From Myxococcales bacterium (GTDB lineage Bacteria; Myxococcota_A; Polyangia; Polyangiales; Houyiibacteriaceae), in NCBI GenBank assembly GCA_029862185.1, contig JAOTXX010000001.1, forward strand, positions 21,486-85,485: a DNA stretch of 64,000 nt, written 5' to 3'. Shown piece after piece: positions 52,964-62,639 of this stretch (the first letter of the stretch is position 1; each line of letters begins with the position of its first letter). The notes beneath the pieces were generated by a model that did not search any database, was not told the origin of the DNA, and worked only from the letters and a program-made list of their open reading frames with translations. The position numbers and the translations under genes are program-made.

Positions 52964-54091
52964 TCAGTTCTCCGTGGGGTCGTAGTACTCGACAAACTCT
53001 CCGCGGAACGTTTCGAGAACCGTGACCCCGTCGTTTGCGCTCACTATGTAATTGGGTCCAATCGGCACTTTGCCAAGGCCGCCTGGGGTATCGACGATGA
53101 ACTTTGGGAGCGCAATCCCGCTCACGCGTCCTTGAAGGGCCGCCATCAGCTCCACGCCGCGCTGCAAAGGCGTTCGCAGGTGCCCGGTGCCGCCGACTGG
53201 GTCCATCTGCAGGAGATAGTAGGGTCGAACTCGAGATCGGACCAGGCCTCGAAAAAGCGCCTCGAGCGTATGGGTTTCGTCGTTGACGCCGCGAAGCAGC
53301 ACGGTCTGATTCATCACCGGCAAGCCCGCATCCGCAAGACGCGCGCATGCGCTTCGAGCCTCTCCCGTGAGCTCCTTCGGGTGGTTGAAATGGGTCATCA
53401 CCCAGGTGCGCTCGTGGCTTTCGCGAATCGCCTGGCAGAGCTCGTCGGTGATTCGCTGGGGGAGGGTGACGGGCGCGCGGGTGGCCAGCCGCACATAGTC
53501 GACGTGCTCGATCTCTCGGATGCGCCGCAGCAAACGGGCGATTCGCTCGGTGGACATCAGGCAGGGGTCGCCGCCAGAAAGAATGACGTCGTGGATTTCG
53601 GGGTGAGCCTCGAGCCAGGCGAACGCGGGCTCGAGCGCCGCCATGGACCGCGCCCCACCGCCGTCTCCGACGAGTCGGGATCGCGTGCAGAAACGGCAGT
53701 ACACGCCACAGCGATCGGTGGCGATCAGCAGAACGCGATCTGGATAGCGCTGTATCAAATGAGGGGCGACTTCGTGAGCCTCCTCGCCGAGCGGGTCGCG
53801 AAGATCGCCCTTGGTCGCGATCGCCTCTTCCGCACGGGGAATGCACTGGCGGCGAATCGGGCACGTCGGGTCTGTTGGGTGACAGAGCGCGAGATAATAA
53901 GGAGTGATCGAAATGGGCAGCCCCGAAGCCTCCGCGCGGCTGGCTCCGATTCGCTCGGCATCGGTCAAGGTCAGAGCTTTGTCGAGAGCTTGTAAATTCG
54001 TCACGGCGTGCTGCGATTGCCAACGCCAGTCGTTCCATGCGGGCTCGTGCGAACCCAAGGACTCGCGAAAATCTAGCGGCGGCGCGCGCAC
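52964..54091 (-). CDS. KamA-family radical SAM protein (lysine 2,3-aminomutase / EpmB-like)
   Basis: The radical SAM motif is CGVYCRFCTR. WQSQ...PYYL..., SGGDP and the PLP-Lys region are present. Confidence 0.88.
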   Translation of the reverse strand: MRAPPLDFRESLGSHEPAWNDWRWQSQHAVTNLQALDKALTLTDAERIGASRAEASGLPISITPYYLALCHPTDPTCPIRRQCIPRAEEAIATKGDLRDPLGEEAHEVAPHLIQRYPDRVLLIATDRCGVYCRFCTRSRLVGDGGGARSMAALEPAFAWLEAHPEIHDVILSGGDPCLMSTERIARLLRRIREIEHVDYVRLATRAPVTLPQRITDELCQAIRESHERTWVMTHFNHPKELTGEARSACARLADAGLPVMNQTVLLRGVNDETHTLEALFRGLVRSRVRPYYLLQMDPVGGTGHLRTPLQRGVELMAALQGRVSGIALPKFIVDTPGGLGKVPIGPNYIVSANDGVTVLETFRGEFVEYYDPTEN

Positions 54092-54162
54092 GGCGCGGAG
54101 CTTACTTGGTGCCGGCTTGGCGGCAACCGTTCCGGGCCCTGGCTCGCGTGGGCCGGCTAGGA

Positions 54163-56118
54163 TCAGCTGAGTTGGTCGGGCTGGACAATCGGGCCGTGCT
54201 CGTCCCTCAGAGCGGAAAGCTCGGCCTTCTGCGCCGCGTAGACTTCGAACAACTGCGGCGGAAGATTCTCCTCCTTGCCGTAGGCCTCGGTCTGCAGATC
54301 GATCCTGGCGACGATCTTGTCGATGTACAGGGCGAACTGCATGGCATACAGGCTCTTGGGGTATTCCTTGTCGATCCCGGCGAAGAGCTTCTTGAGATCC
54401 TCGTACTTGGGAATGTAGCCGATCGGAGTCTCCAGGCCCTCGACATCGCCGTGGGCGAAGAGCTCGAGCCAGCCGAGCCAGACTTTCACGTCGCGCTTCT
54501 CGCCGAGCAGACCTTTGCCGTCACTGCCGCGGTCTGCGTGCGTCAAGAAGTAGTTCAGCCCGGCCATGACGGGCTTGCCCTCTTCGGACAGCTTCGGGTT
54601 GTTGTAGAACCTGAACTGCGTGTCCATGTAGTCGGAGAGAGGTCCGGGGATGAAGGGCGCGTTGGCCCAAGGCTGCCGGTTCACACCCGTGGCGCCGACC
54701 TCGGTGGCCGTGGCGGCGGAGACGATCGAGGCTCCGATGGCGACGCCCTGGTTGTTGTCCTTGGCCACCCACACCGGCGGCATGGTGTCCGCGTCGCGGC
54801 CCGAATAGGTGACGACCTTTACTGGCACGCCGGCCGGATCCGCGTTGGCCTCGGTGGCGTGATTCTTGATCGCCGAGCAGAGCAGCGTGCAGCGTGCGTT
54901 CTTGTGAGACATCGGAAGCTCGTTGCCCTGGGCATCCGTCTTGCCCCTGTGCCACTCGCCCTGGTAGTTGACCCCTTCTAATGGGCGCGGCTCACCGTTG
55001 CCCGTCCAGTGAGGCACACCTTTGTCGTCGACGAGCACGTTCGACCAAATGACCTCGGTACCGTCGCCGCGGAGGCAGTCCATCAAGTAGGGATCGCCTT
55101 CACGGTTGACGTCCTCCACGATGCCGAAAATGCCCTTCTCCGGATTGACGGCTCGCACCGTGCCGTCATCGGCGATCCACATCTGTGCCAAATCATCACC
55201 TACGAAATCGGTGCCCACCATGGCGGTCGTGGTTTTGCCGCAGCCCGAGGGCGCCGCACCGGCGAAAAAGGTCTTGCGGCCACCGGGACCGGTCATGCCG
55301 GTGATGAACATGTGCTCCGAGAGCTCATCGCCAGGCCGAAGGTAGGTTGCGCAGTCGACGGAGAAACGGTGATTGCCCTTCTTCATCAGCAACGTGTTGC
55401 CGGCATAGGTGCAGAAGGTCGAGTACGTCGTGAGCCAGCTCCGATCCATGAAGATGCGAGCCTTCGGCACATCTTCCGGTCGATTTGGGCCTTCGGAGTG
55501 CAGATTGGTGAAGAACAAGCCCTTGCGTTCCACCTCTGGGTCGAACCGGTCGTAGCAATTGCGGTAGAGAAGCGACGCCGAGTGAAAGACATATCCGGAG
55601 GAGGAGATCTCGATGGCGGGAATTGCTGCTTCTGCGCCGGCGGGTCCACGGCAAAAGAAGCCGATGAGCATACTCTTGCCCTTCATGATTCCTCGCATGT
55701 TCGCGCGGACATACTCGAGGGCCTCTGCACGTGGCGTCGACTTCGCCAGAGCGCTCAGATTCTCCCCCTCGTTCACGATGTAGAAGGTCTGGTTGACCAG
55801 ACGCGCCTGGTCCTGGGGGAGGTCGAAGTGGATTGTGTGCCCTTCCTTGGCGAGCTTCTTTTCCTCACCTTTGCGCAGCGAGTACTCGCGGACCCACTGG
55901 GTATCAGCCTCGCTGCCCGTGTCGATGAAGACATCATCCGGCTCGCAAAGCGCGATCGCGTTGGCGATCTTCAGCAGCGCTTCTTCATTCTTGATCGGAG
56001 CGAGCTTCTCGAGATTGCCTGCGTCGAGCTTCCGCTCGATGACGGCCTTTGCCTCATGGATGGTCTTCACGCCGCCGGTATCGGCGAGGATATCTACACC
56101 CTTCTTGAGCTGCAGCAT
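54163..56118 (-). CDS. pckG: Phosphoenolpyruvate carboxykinase (GTP)
   Basis: 651 aa. The kinase-1a-like motif is AAPSGCGKTT, and the overall layout is that of GTP-PEPCK (...WNVLVDDKG..., ...NARCT...). AAGGAG lies upstream of the ATG. Confidence 0.88.
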   Translation of the reverse strand: MLQLKKGVDILADTGGVKTIHEAKAVIERKLDAGNLEKLAPIKNEEALLKIANAIALCEPDDVFIDTGSEADTQWVREYSLRKGEEKKLAKEGHTIHFDLPQDQARLVNQTFYIVNEGENLSALAKSTPRAEALEYVRANMRGIMKGKSMLIGFFCRGPAGAEAAIPAIEISSSGYVFHSASLLYRNCYDRFDPEVERKGLFFTNLHSEGPNRPEDVPKARIFMDRSWLTTYSTFCTYAGNTLLMKKGNHRFSVDCATYLRPGDELSEHMFITGMTGPGGRKTFFAGAAPSGCGKTTTAMVGTDFVGDDLAQMWIADDGTVRAVNPEKGIFGIVEDVNREGDPYLMDCLRGDGTEVIWSNVLVDDKGVPHWTGNGEPRPLEGVNYQGEWHRGKTDAQGNELPMSHKNARCTLLCSAIKNHATEANADPAGVPVKVVTYSGRDADTMPPVWVAKDNNQGVAIGASIVSAATATEVGATGVNRQPWANAPFIPGPLSDYMDTQFRFYNNPKLSEEGKPVMAGLNYFLTHADRGSDGKGLLGEKRDVKVWLGWLELFAHGDVEGLETPIGYIPKYEDLKKLFAGIDKEYPKSLYAMQFALYIDKIVARIDLQTEAYGKEENLPPQLFEVYAAQKAELSALRDEHGPIVQPDQLS

Positions 56119-56277
56119 GTCTTCTCCTTGGTCTTCTTCTAGCTACCTAAGCAGGCAGTAGGGTCAAACGCCCCTTCTGAGATCGGAGAGACCGGAAGAA
56201 GCAGAAAGACCGGGCGTTCTGCGCAAATGCCGGAGGCACCATAGCCCATTCGGCTTCCCCATCAACTCGAACGAGTC

Positions 56278-56291
56278 GCTCCGATCGGAGC
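56278..56291. promoter_or_regulatory. Perfect 14-bp palindrome GCTCCGATCGGAGC in the pckG upstream region
   Basis: Read directly at 56278-56291, inside the 368-bp divergent intergenic region between pckG and the following plus-strand gene. Confidence 0.3.
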
Positions 56292-56486
56292 TTCGTGCCC
56301 TGCCTCCTGGTCGCCGACACGCCTATCATTTCATCGCCAAGGTCGACGCAGGCGATGTAGCACACCGGGCCTGGGCTAGGCGATCGTCGAGGTCGACAGG
56401 CGGGAGAACCTCCCCTCGAACGTGCCGGCCGAGCCGCGCAGCTTTTGCGGGCGGCAAGAAGACTTGTGATAACAGGTATGGGCGTG

Positions 56487-57005
56487 ATGCGCTTCGCGCC
56501 CATGTTCGTTCTGCTCTCGTCACTCGGGGTTCTCGGGTTCGCGCAGCCGGCCTTTGCCAATACCGACCTCGTCGTGGTCGACGGCGTCTTCGGCGGCACC
56601 GTGTCCAAGTTCGCTGGCCAACGAAAGTGGCAGCCGACCCTGTGGTTGGACGGTTCCTATGGCGTCGCGGGACCTCTGCACTTGGGCGGATACTTTCAAT
56701 GGCTCGGCAGGTCCTGGCCGCTCGAGAATCCTGGCTTTGGCGGCGGCGCGATGATCGCTCTGCGCGGCAACATCAAAAGCCTTCGGCTCTCGGGCGCATT
56801 CACCGGCGGCTACCTCGGGGTCCCGCTGCCGACCTACATCGACGGCTCCGGGACGATCGGCGCGTTTGTTGGGATCGGTTACGGCTTCCTGTCCTGGATG
56901 GGACTCGAAGTACGCGGCCGATGGGCCAGGTACTTCAAAACGCCACCTGGCGCTCCGAACCACGCGTGGAGCGTCGAGGCCGGCTTTAGCTTCTTCATCG
57001 ACTGA
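56487..57005 (+). CDS. Hypothetical secreted protein, possibly a small outer-membrane beta-barrel
   Basis: It has a signal peptide (MRFAPMFVLLSSLGVLGFAQPAFA/NT), alternating Gly/aromatic-rich beta-like segments and a C-terminal ...AGFSFFID. I recognise no family. Confidence 0.4.
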   Translation: MRFAPMFVLLSSLGVLGFAQPAFANTDLVVVDGVFGGTVSKFAGQRKWQPTLWLDGSYGVAGPLHLGGYFQWLGRSWPLENPGFGGGAMIALRGNIKSLRLSGAFTGGYLGVPLPTYIDGSGTIGAFVGIGYGFLSWMGLEVRGRWARYFKTPPGAPNHAWSVEAGFSFFID

Positions 57006-57018
57006 CCGCCGGGCCCTG

Positions 57019-57882
57019 CTACCGACGCTGCAGGTTCTCTACGGCGCGCCGGGCGCGTTCGGCTGCGTTGGGGTCGTTCTGTTCGGTGGCTTTGATGTAC
57101 CGCTCGAAGGTCGCGATTGCCGTCTTGGTCTGGCCGACCTTTTCGTAGCACGACGCCAAGTCAAACAAGAGGTCGGGCGGCCCACCGTCGCCCAGCTCGA
57201 GCGCCTTGATGTAGATCGGGATGGCTTCCTTGTACCGCTTGGCGCCGCGGTATGCGATCGCGAGGTTGCGGGCGATCTCCACGTCGTAGGGGTCGACGGA
57301 AATCGCTTGCTCGAGCGCTTGGACCGCCGCGTCGTAGCGTTGGGCCTTGCGGAGCGCCACGCCGAGGTTGTTGAGTAGAAGGGGGTCGTTTGGGATGACC
57401 TTCAGTGCACGCTCGTAGGTCGCGATCGCGGCGTCGTTGTTCTTCGACTTCCGGTAAGCCACGCCGAGGTTGAGCCAATGGTTACTGTGCTTCGGTTCGA
57501 GCTCGGTGGCCGTCCTCAAGCATTTCACGGCCTCCTTGGGCCGATCGAGCCGCAGCAGGACGGCGCCCGCCAGTCCGTAGGCCCTGCCGTCCTTGGGCTC
57601 CAGCGCGATCGCGCTTCTGAACGCCCTCAGCGCGTCGTCGTAGCGCCCGAGCCGCCGCAAGATCGAACCGCGCGTGAGATGCCCCTGCGCGTAGCTTGGC
57701 CGAGCCGCCACCGCGCGGTCGATTTCATCGAGCGCCTCTTCGTAGCGCCCCTCCGCTCGGAGCGTCTTTGCCAGGCGGTAGTGAGCGTCGGCTTGATCCG
57801 CCAAGGCAAAGGGCGTCATGAGCCACATCGCGGACGCCAAAACCACCCCGATCCACCGCACGTGCAGAGAATAGCACGACAT
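57019..57882 (-). CDS. Tetratricopeptide repeat protein with an N-terminal signal/anchor
   Basis: There are at least six tandem TPR units (…A..YE.AL...P......LG.A…). The start MSCYSL at 57882 lies 5 nt after the upstream M50 gene stop; the track start at 58011 would overlap that gene. Confidence 0.75.
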   Translation of the reverse strand: MSCYSLHVRWIGVVLASAMWLMTPFALADQADAHYRLAKTLRAEGRYEEALDEIDRAVAARPSYAQGHLTRGSILRRLGRYDDALRAFRSAIALEPKDGRAYGLAGAVLLRLDRPKEAVKCLRTATELEPKHSNHWLNLGVAYRKSKNNDAAIATYERALKVIPNDPLLLNNLGVALRKAQRYDAAVQALEQAISVDPYDVEIARNLAIAYRGAKRYKEAIPIYIKALELGDGGPPDLLFDLASCYEKVGQTKTAIATFERYIKATEQNDPNAAERARRAVENLQRR

Positions 57883-57887
57883 GGCGC

Positions 57888-58580
57888 TCAGAGGCCGGTG
57901 TACAAGAGTCCGATCGCTGTTCGGAACACCGGTGGCATCACGCGGTCGAACAGAATCCAAGCAATGATCAGGCCCATCAGCGCGCCCCCGCCTGAAAACA
58001 TGCCGAACCATTTGTTCCGCATTCGGTCGTTGAGGACGATCGGCACGATCGCGTATCCGTCCAGAGGCGGGAGCGGGATCAGATTGAAGCAGCCGAGAAT
58101 TAGATTGATCGAGAACAGTACGCTCAGAAAGAGCGCCAGCCCCTGGGCGACTCCTGCGGGCGCCACCGCGAGGGTTTCGAGGCTCAGGCCGCTAGCGGGC
58201 AGCGTGAAGTACCCGGCCGCGATCCCGATGCGCATGGCCAGCGCGGCGAGTAAGGCCAGCGCAAAATTCGCCGCCGGACCGGCGGCGGCCATCCCAGCGG
58301 CTCGCCTCGGGTGTCGACTCGCCCAGCTGGGGTCGTACGGCGCGCTGGCCCAGCCGATCATCCAGCCGCCTCCCTGCAGAAAGAACGACAGGATCGGCAC
58401 CACGATCGCGCCGAAGGGCTCCCTGCGGATGTGCGGCAAGGGGTCGAGCGTCACCTGCGCCGCCGCGGTCGAGTCACCCCCGATCTTGCCGGCCAGCGCG
58501 TGCGCCGCCTCGTGGCAGGTCAGCGATAGCAGGAACGCGGCAAGCCAGAGGGGGAGCTTGGCAAGAAGGTGAAGATCCAT
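57888..58580 (-). CDS. Site-2 protease family (M50) zinc metalloprotease
   Basis: HEAAHALAG (HExxH) lies in the first TM region. The protein is polytopic with a second motif NLIPLPPLDG. Confidence 0.8.
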   Translation of the reverse strand: MDLHLLAKLPLWLAAFLLSLTCHEAAHALAGKIGGDSTAAAQVTLDPLPHIRREPFGAIVVPILSFFLQGGGWMIGWASAPYDPSWASRHPRRAAGMAAAGPAANFALALLAALAMRIGIAAGYFTLPASGLSLETLAVAPAGVAQGLALFLSVLFSINLILGCFNLIPLPPLDGYAIVPIVLNDRMRNKWFGMFSGGGALMGLIIAWILFDRVMPPVFRTAIGLLYTGL

Positions 58581-58629
58581 CGGTCGGGCGGAGCCTACTA
58601 TGAAAACCCCGGCCTGCTACATTCGATCG

Positions 58630-59334
58630 ATGCAGCGTATCATCGCCTTGTTCGATATCGACGGAACACTCTTGCGCGCGGGCGGCGCCGGCCGGCGGGC
58701 GGTCGAGCTTGCGTTGAGCGAAGTGCTGGATGAGCTCGATGAAGATGTGAGCTTGCATTCGGTCGAGTTTGCAGGGCGGACCGATCCGTGGATCGTGCGC
58801 GCGGCGCTCATGCAATACGGCGTGGCAGCTGACGACGACTTGATTGACGACGTTCTTCGGCGCTACGTCGGGCATTTGCCGCGTGAGCTCGAACGCGCGA
58901 GTGCATTTGAAGTCCTGCCCGGTGTCCTGTCGCTGCTCTCCGAGCTGAGCAATCGTGATGACCTCGTCTTGGGTCTGGGAACCGGGAACACCGAGACCGC
59001 TGCCTATGCGAAGCTCGAGCGAGGCGGTCTTGATTCGTTTTTCGGGTTCGGAGGCTTTGGTTCCGACCACGCAGAGCGTCCCGAGCTTCTGCGAACCGCG
59101 CTCCACCGAGGTCTGGAGCGAACTGGTGCGCAAATGGAGGACGCTCGGGTCGTCGTGATCGGAGATACCCCACATGATGTCGCGGCCGCCCGCGCGATAG
59201 GCGCGCACTGCGTCGCGGTGAGCACGGGAGGGTACGAGGCCTCGACCTTGCAAGCCGCCGGCGCGTCCCTCGTGGTGTCCGACCTGCGGGCCTCCGCCGT
59301 CCGATCAGCCTTCGATCGCGGGACCCCGGAGTAG
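58630..59334 (+). CDS. HAD-superfamily hydrolase (phosphoglycolate phosphatase-like)
   Basis: Motif I is ALFDIDGTLL, motif II is LGLGTGN and motif IV is VIGDTPHD. The ATG at 58630 is preferred. Confidence 0.8.
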   Translation: MQRIIALFDIDGTLLRAGGAGRRAVELALSEVLDELDEDVSLHSVEFAGRTDPWIVRAALMQYGVAADDDLIDDVLRRYVGHLPRELERASAFEVLPGVLSLLSELSNRDDLVLGLGTGNTETAAYAKLERGGLDSFFGFGGFGSDHAERPELLRTALHRGLERTGAQMEDARVVVIGDTPHDVAAARAIGAHCVAVSTGGYEASTLQAAGASLVVSDLRASAVRSAFDRGTPE

Positions 59335-59371
59335 CGGACCCGGTCCTGGTCGCGAGGCTCGAGCAGGTGGA

Positions 59372-60292
59372 ATGTATCGATTTGCAGGCCCGTGCCATAC
59401 TCCCGAGATGAATGCGCAGTCGAAGCCCTGGTATGGACGTTGGTGGGCGATTGCGCTTTTGATCGCGCTCGTGATCGCGGCAACCGGGATCTTGACGGTC
59501 AAGGCTCTCGGCATGCGTTCGATTGAGGTCGATGCGAAACCTTTCGCGCAAGGGGCGGGCGGCTTCGACTACAGCTGGTGGAACGCCGCGCTCGGCCGCT
59601 GGGTCCAACCAGAGGGTGTCGACTATGATGCCGTGCGAGCGGACGAGGCCGAGCTCCGGCGCTTCATTGCGACGCTCGGAATGACTGGGCCTCGGACGAC
59701 TCCGGATCGCTTCACGACTGACCCGGAGCGCCTCAGCTACTACGTCAACGCCTACAACGCGCTGGTCGTGTTCGCGGTCGTCGACAACTGGCCGATCGAC
59801 ACGGTGCACGACGTTCATGGCTGGTTGGACCCGAGGGCAGGGTTCGGGTTCTTCTACGGGCTTCGATTTCCGCTCGACGGCGGTGAGATCAATCTCTACG
59901 ACCTGGAAAACGAGCTGATCCGTGGCTTCGTCGACGCTCGCATTCATGCAGCGATCAACTGCGCGTCGAAGTCATGCCCAGCGCTGATGCCCTTCGCCTT
60001 CGAACCCGGGCGGCTGGATGAGCAGCTAGACGCCGTGACCCGGGGATTTTGTTCGAGCCCGGTCCACGTGCGCGTCGACGACGAAGCCGAGGAAATCCAG
60101 CTATCGGCGATCTTCGATTGGTACAAGCCGGATTTCGAGGAGCACGCGCGGCGCCTGGGCCGTCCGGCCACGATCGAGGACTTCATTCTGGCATTTGCCA
60201 CACCGGAGGTCTCAGCCGAGCTCGAGCGGGCACGTGGTGCGGAGTTCGACGTGGTTTTTCGGCCGTACGACTGGGGCTTGAATCGTCTCTGA
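59372..60292 (+). CDS. DUF547 domain protein with an N-terminal TM anchor
   Basis: YYVNAYNALV...LENELIRG...DARIHAAINCASKSCPAL is the DUF547 core. The start could instead be the ATG at 59408. Confidence 0.75.
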   Translation: MYRFAGPCHTPEMNAQSKPWYGRWWAIALLIALVIAATGILTVKALGMRSIEVDAKPFAQGAGGFDYSWWNAALGRWVQPEGVDYDAVRADEAELRRFIATLGMTGPRTTPDRFTTDPERLSYYVNAYNALVVFAVVDNWPIDTVHDVHGWLDPRAGFGFFYGLRFPLDGGEINLYDLENELIRGFVDARIHAAINCASKSCPALMPFAFEPGRLDEQLDAVTRGFCSSPVHVRVDDEAEEIQLSAIFDWYKPDFEEHARRLGRPATIEDFILAFATPEVSAELERARGAEFDVVFRPYDWGLNRL

Positions 60293-60386
60293 GCCCGCCG
60301 GATTACAGAAAAATACGGCAGAACTCGACGAGAAGTGCCATAGCCTACTAAGCTTTGTGAATGATTCGGGGGGATCAAGAAGCGGG

Positions 60387-60830
60387 ATGAAACGCCTTGC
60401 TTCAGTGTTGTTTGTGCTAGCGACGGCCTCGGGGGGCGCCGCCTGTGTGGGGAGCCTAGCGGACCCCGACGCCTTCATCGACGGGGGCACGATTCCCAAA
60501 GACGCCCAGACGGTGTTCGGTGAGAGCTGTGCCACCATCGGTTGTCACGACGACGCCACCACGGCGTCAAATCTCAATCTGCTATCGCCCGGCGTCGAGA
60601 GTCGCGTGTTGAACGTCAACGCGACGGGGGTCGGATGCGAAGCCAGGGTCCTGGTCGTGGCCGGCGATCCAAACAGCAGCTACCTCTTCGACAAGGTCCT
60701 CGGGACGATCGGCATCTGTGGTTCCCGAATGCCGCTCCTGAGCATCCTCCCGGACAGCGACGTCGAGGTGATTCGAGAGTGGATCATCGAGTTGGGTGGT
60801 TCCGGGCAAGGAACGCCAGACGGGGGATAG
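60387..60830 (+). CDS. Small lipoprotein with a planctomycete-type cytochrome c (PSCyt1)-like domain carrying CX4CH
   Basis: The lipobox is LATASGGAAC. FGESCATIGCHDD...LNLLSP...GDPNSSYLFDKV...RMPL...EVIREWIIELGG resembles the PSCyt1 pattern (C..CH ... L.L ... S.L ... MP ... WI..G). Confidence 0.55.
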   Translation: MKRLASVLFVLATASGGAACVGSLADPDAFIDGGTIPKDAQTVFGESCATIGCHDDATTASNLNLLSPGVESRVLNVNATGVGCEARVLVVAGDPNSSYLFDKVLGTIGICGSRMPLLSILPDSDVEVIREWIIELGGSGQGTPDGG

Positions 60831-60833
60831 TCG

Positions 60834-62585
60834 ATGCGAATCTTGCGCTTCGGTGCGATGACACTGCTGTTGAGTTTGTGTTCGTCCTCGGGACTTGCCT
60901 CCGCGGATGACGGCCCGGTTGCGTTGCTGCCATTCCAGGGCGCGCAAGCTGTCAAGGTCCGTCAGAACGTCCAAAAGGGTTTGGCTGCGGCCGAGGTCGA
61001 CGTCGTTGCTCTCAAGCGAGTCACCGCCGTCGTGAAGAACACCAAGGGCTACGCCAAGCAGGCGGCCAAGCTCGACGCCAGCACGCTGGTGAAAACGCGC
61101 GTGCGGCGCGCCGAAGGCCGATGGATCGGCGACACCGAAGTGCGAAACGCCAAAGGGCAACGGATCGAGAAGTTTCGAAACACCTCGTCGAGCTTGATAC
61201 GGCTTTCCAATCGCATCGTCGCTGCACTCATGAAATCCGGGCGGATGCCGGTTGCAGGCGCTGTTGGCGCCGCCGCTGCGGCTCCCAAGGCGGAACCCGA
61301 GGTGCCCGCGCCGACCCAGCCCAGGCTCGTCATCAGGCCGTTCACGGGCGCGCAAACGGGCAAGATTCGGGGCGCTGCGGTGCGCGGGCTTCGCTCGGAA
61401 CCGGTCGAAATGCTTCCAAACAAGCAGTTTGCCGCGAAGGCCAAGCGCATGGGCGTCAATCTCAAGTCCGAAGGGGGGCACGTCGCCCCGGCTTCCGCTC
61501 TTGCCGTGAGCGGGCTCATCGACGGGGACGTGTTGTACGAGGACCGCGTTTGGTCGGCTTACATCCGATTGGTCGACGGCGACAGCGCCAAGGTGATCAG
61601 TCAGCACTACTACGACGCCAGTACGTCGGCGGCCCTGGCCAAGTCCGTGCAGGCGAATATCGGGTCCGACTTTCGCAAGGACATCAGAAAGCTAGGTGTA
61701 GACGTTCCCGGCGCTGCGGTAGCCGCGCCCATCGCTGCGGCGACTCCAACCCGGCCCCAGTCAATCTCATCCAAGGAGATAGAGAAGGACGAGCGCACGC
61801 CGAAGGCCAAGCCGAAGCGACGGAAAGGGGATCTTCCCGCTGCAGTCGACATCGAGATCGATTTCCGGGTCGTGCATCGCACCTTCAACTACAAGGACGA
61901 CATTCGCGGGGACTTGCGCGACTACAAGCTAACCGCCGGTCCGGGCGTCGGCACCAAGTTTCAATACTTCCCTGGCGCACATTTCACAGCCGGCGTCGGA
62001 GCGCAGTTCGGGGTCGACTTCGAATGGGAGCGCTTGTTCAAGATCGACTCGACGCGCCGCGACGCAACGACGGGCCAGGAGCAGAGCTTTCCCACCGAGT
62101 CTCAGCAGTTCCTCATCGGCCTTCGTTGGCGCTACCCGAAGGGGCGCTGGGAGCCCTCGGTCGTGCTCGGCTACGGCGTGCACCGCTTCAGCTTCGGCTT
62201 GTCGGGCCCACCGGTGCCAGGCGAAGACAACACTGCGGGCGTCCCCAGCGTGAAGTACGAGTTCGTTCGGCTTGGCGGAGGCTTTCGGGTGGCGATCGGA
62301 AAGAAGGAGCTCTTCATCCTGGCCACGAGCATCGCCTTCCGCGGCACCTTCGCGGTCGGAGGGATTGGCACGAGTCTCTGGTTCCCGGAGGCCAAGGCCA
62401 ACGGCATGGATGCTCTGCTGATGATGGGCTTTGCGCTTCCAAAGGGCTTTGAAATCCGGCTCAGCGGCGATTATCGCCGCTACGGCTTCGACCTGAACCC
62501 CGTGCCGCCCGATCCGCCGTACGTGGCCGGAGGCGCGCTCGACCAGTACTTTGGCGGCGCGCTGGGCGTAGCTTGGCGTCACTAG
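60834..62585 (+). CDS. Secreted protein with two tandem N-terminal domains and a predicted C-terminal beta-barrel
   Basis: The signal peptide ends ...GLASA/DD. Two repeated domain starts are LLPFQGAQAVKVRQNVQKGL (aa 31-50) and LVIRPFTGAQTGKIRGAAVRGL (aa 165-186). A Lys-rich linker is followed by ~240 aa of alternating beta-strand-like, Gly/aromatic-rich sequence. It starts 3 nt after the previous gene. Confidence 0.55.
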   Translation: MRILRFGAMTLLLSLCSSSGLASADDGPVALLPFQGAQAVKVRQNVQKGLAAAEVDVVALKRVTAVVKNTKGYAKQAAKLDASTLVKTRVRRAEGRWIGDTEVRNAKGQRIEKFRNTSSSLIRLSNRIVAALMKSGRMPVAGAVGAAAAAPKAEPEVPAPTQPRLVIRPFTGAQTGKIRGAAVRGLRSEPVEMLPNKQFAAKAKRMGVNLKSEGGHVAPASALAVSGLIDGDVLYEDRVWSAYIRLVDGDSAKVISQHYYDASTSAALAKSVQANIGSDFRKDIRKLGVDVPGAAVAAPIAAATPTRPQSISSKEIEKDERTPKAKPKRRKGDLPAAVDIEIDFRVVHRTFNYKDDIRGDLRDYKLTAGPGVGTKFQYFPGAHFTAGVGAQFGVDFEWERLFKIDSTRRDATTGQEQSFPTESQQFLIGLRWRYPKGRWEPSVVLGYGVHRFSFGLSGPPVPGEDNTAGVPSVKYEFVRLGGGFRVAIGKKELFILATSIAFRGTFAVGGIGTSLWFPEAKANGMDALLMMGFALPKGFEIRLSGDYRRYGFDLNPVPPDPPYVAGGALDQYFGGALGVAWRH

Positions 62586-62639
62586 GGAGGGCGGGCGCAC
62601 GAAGTACCGCTACGCGAGATTGCGCGGTAGACTGGATCC

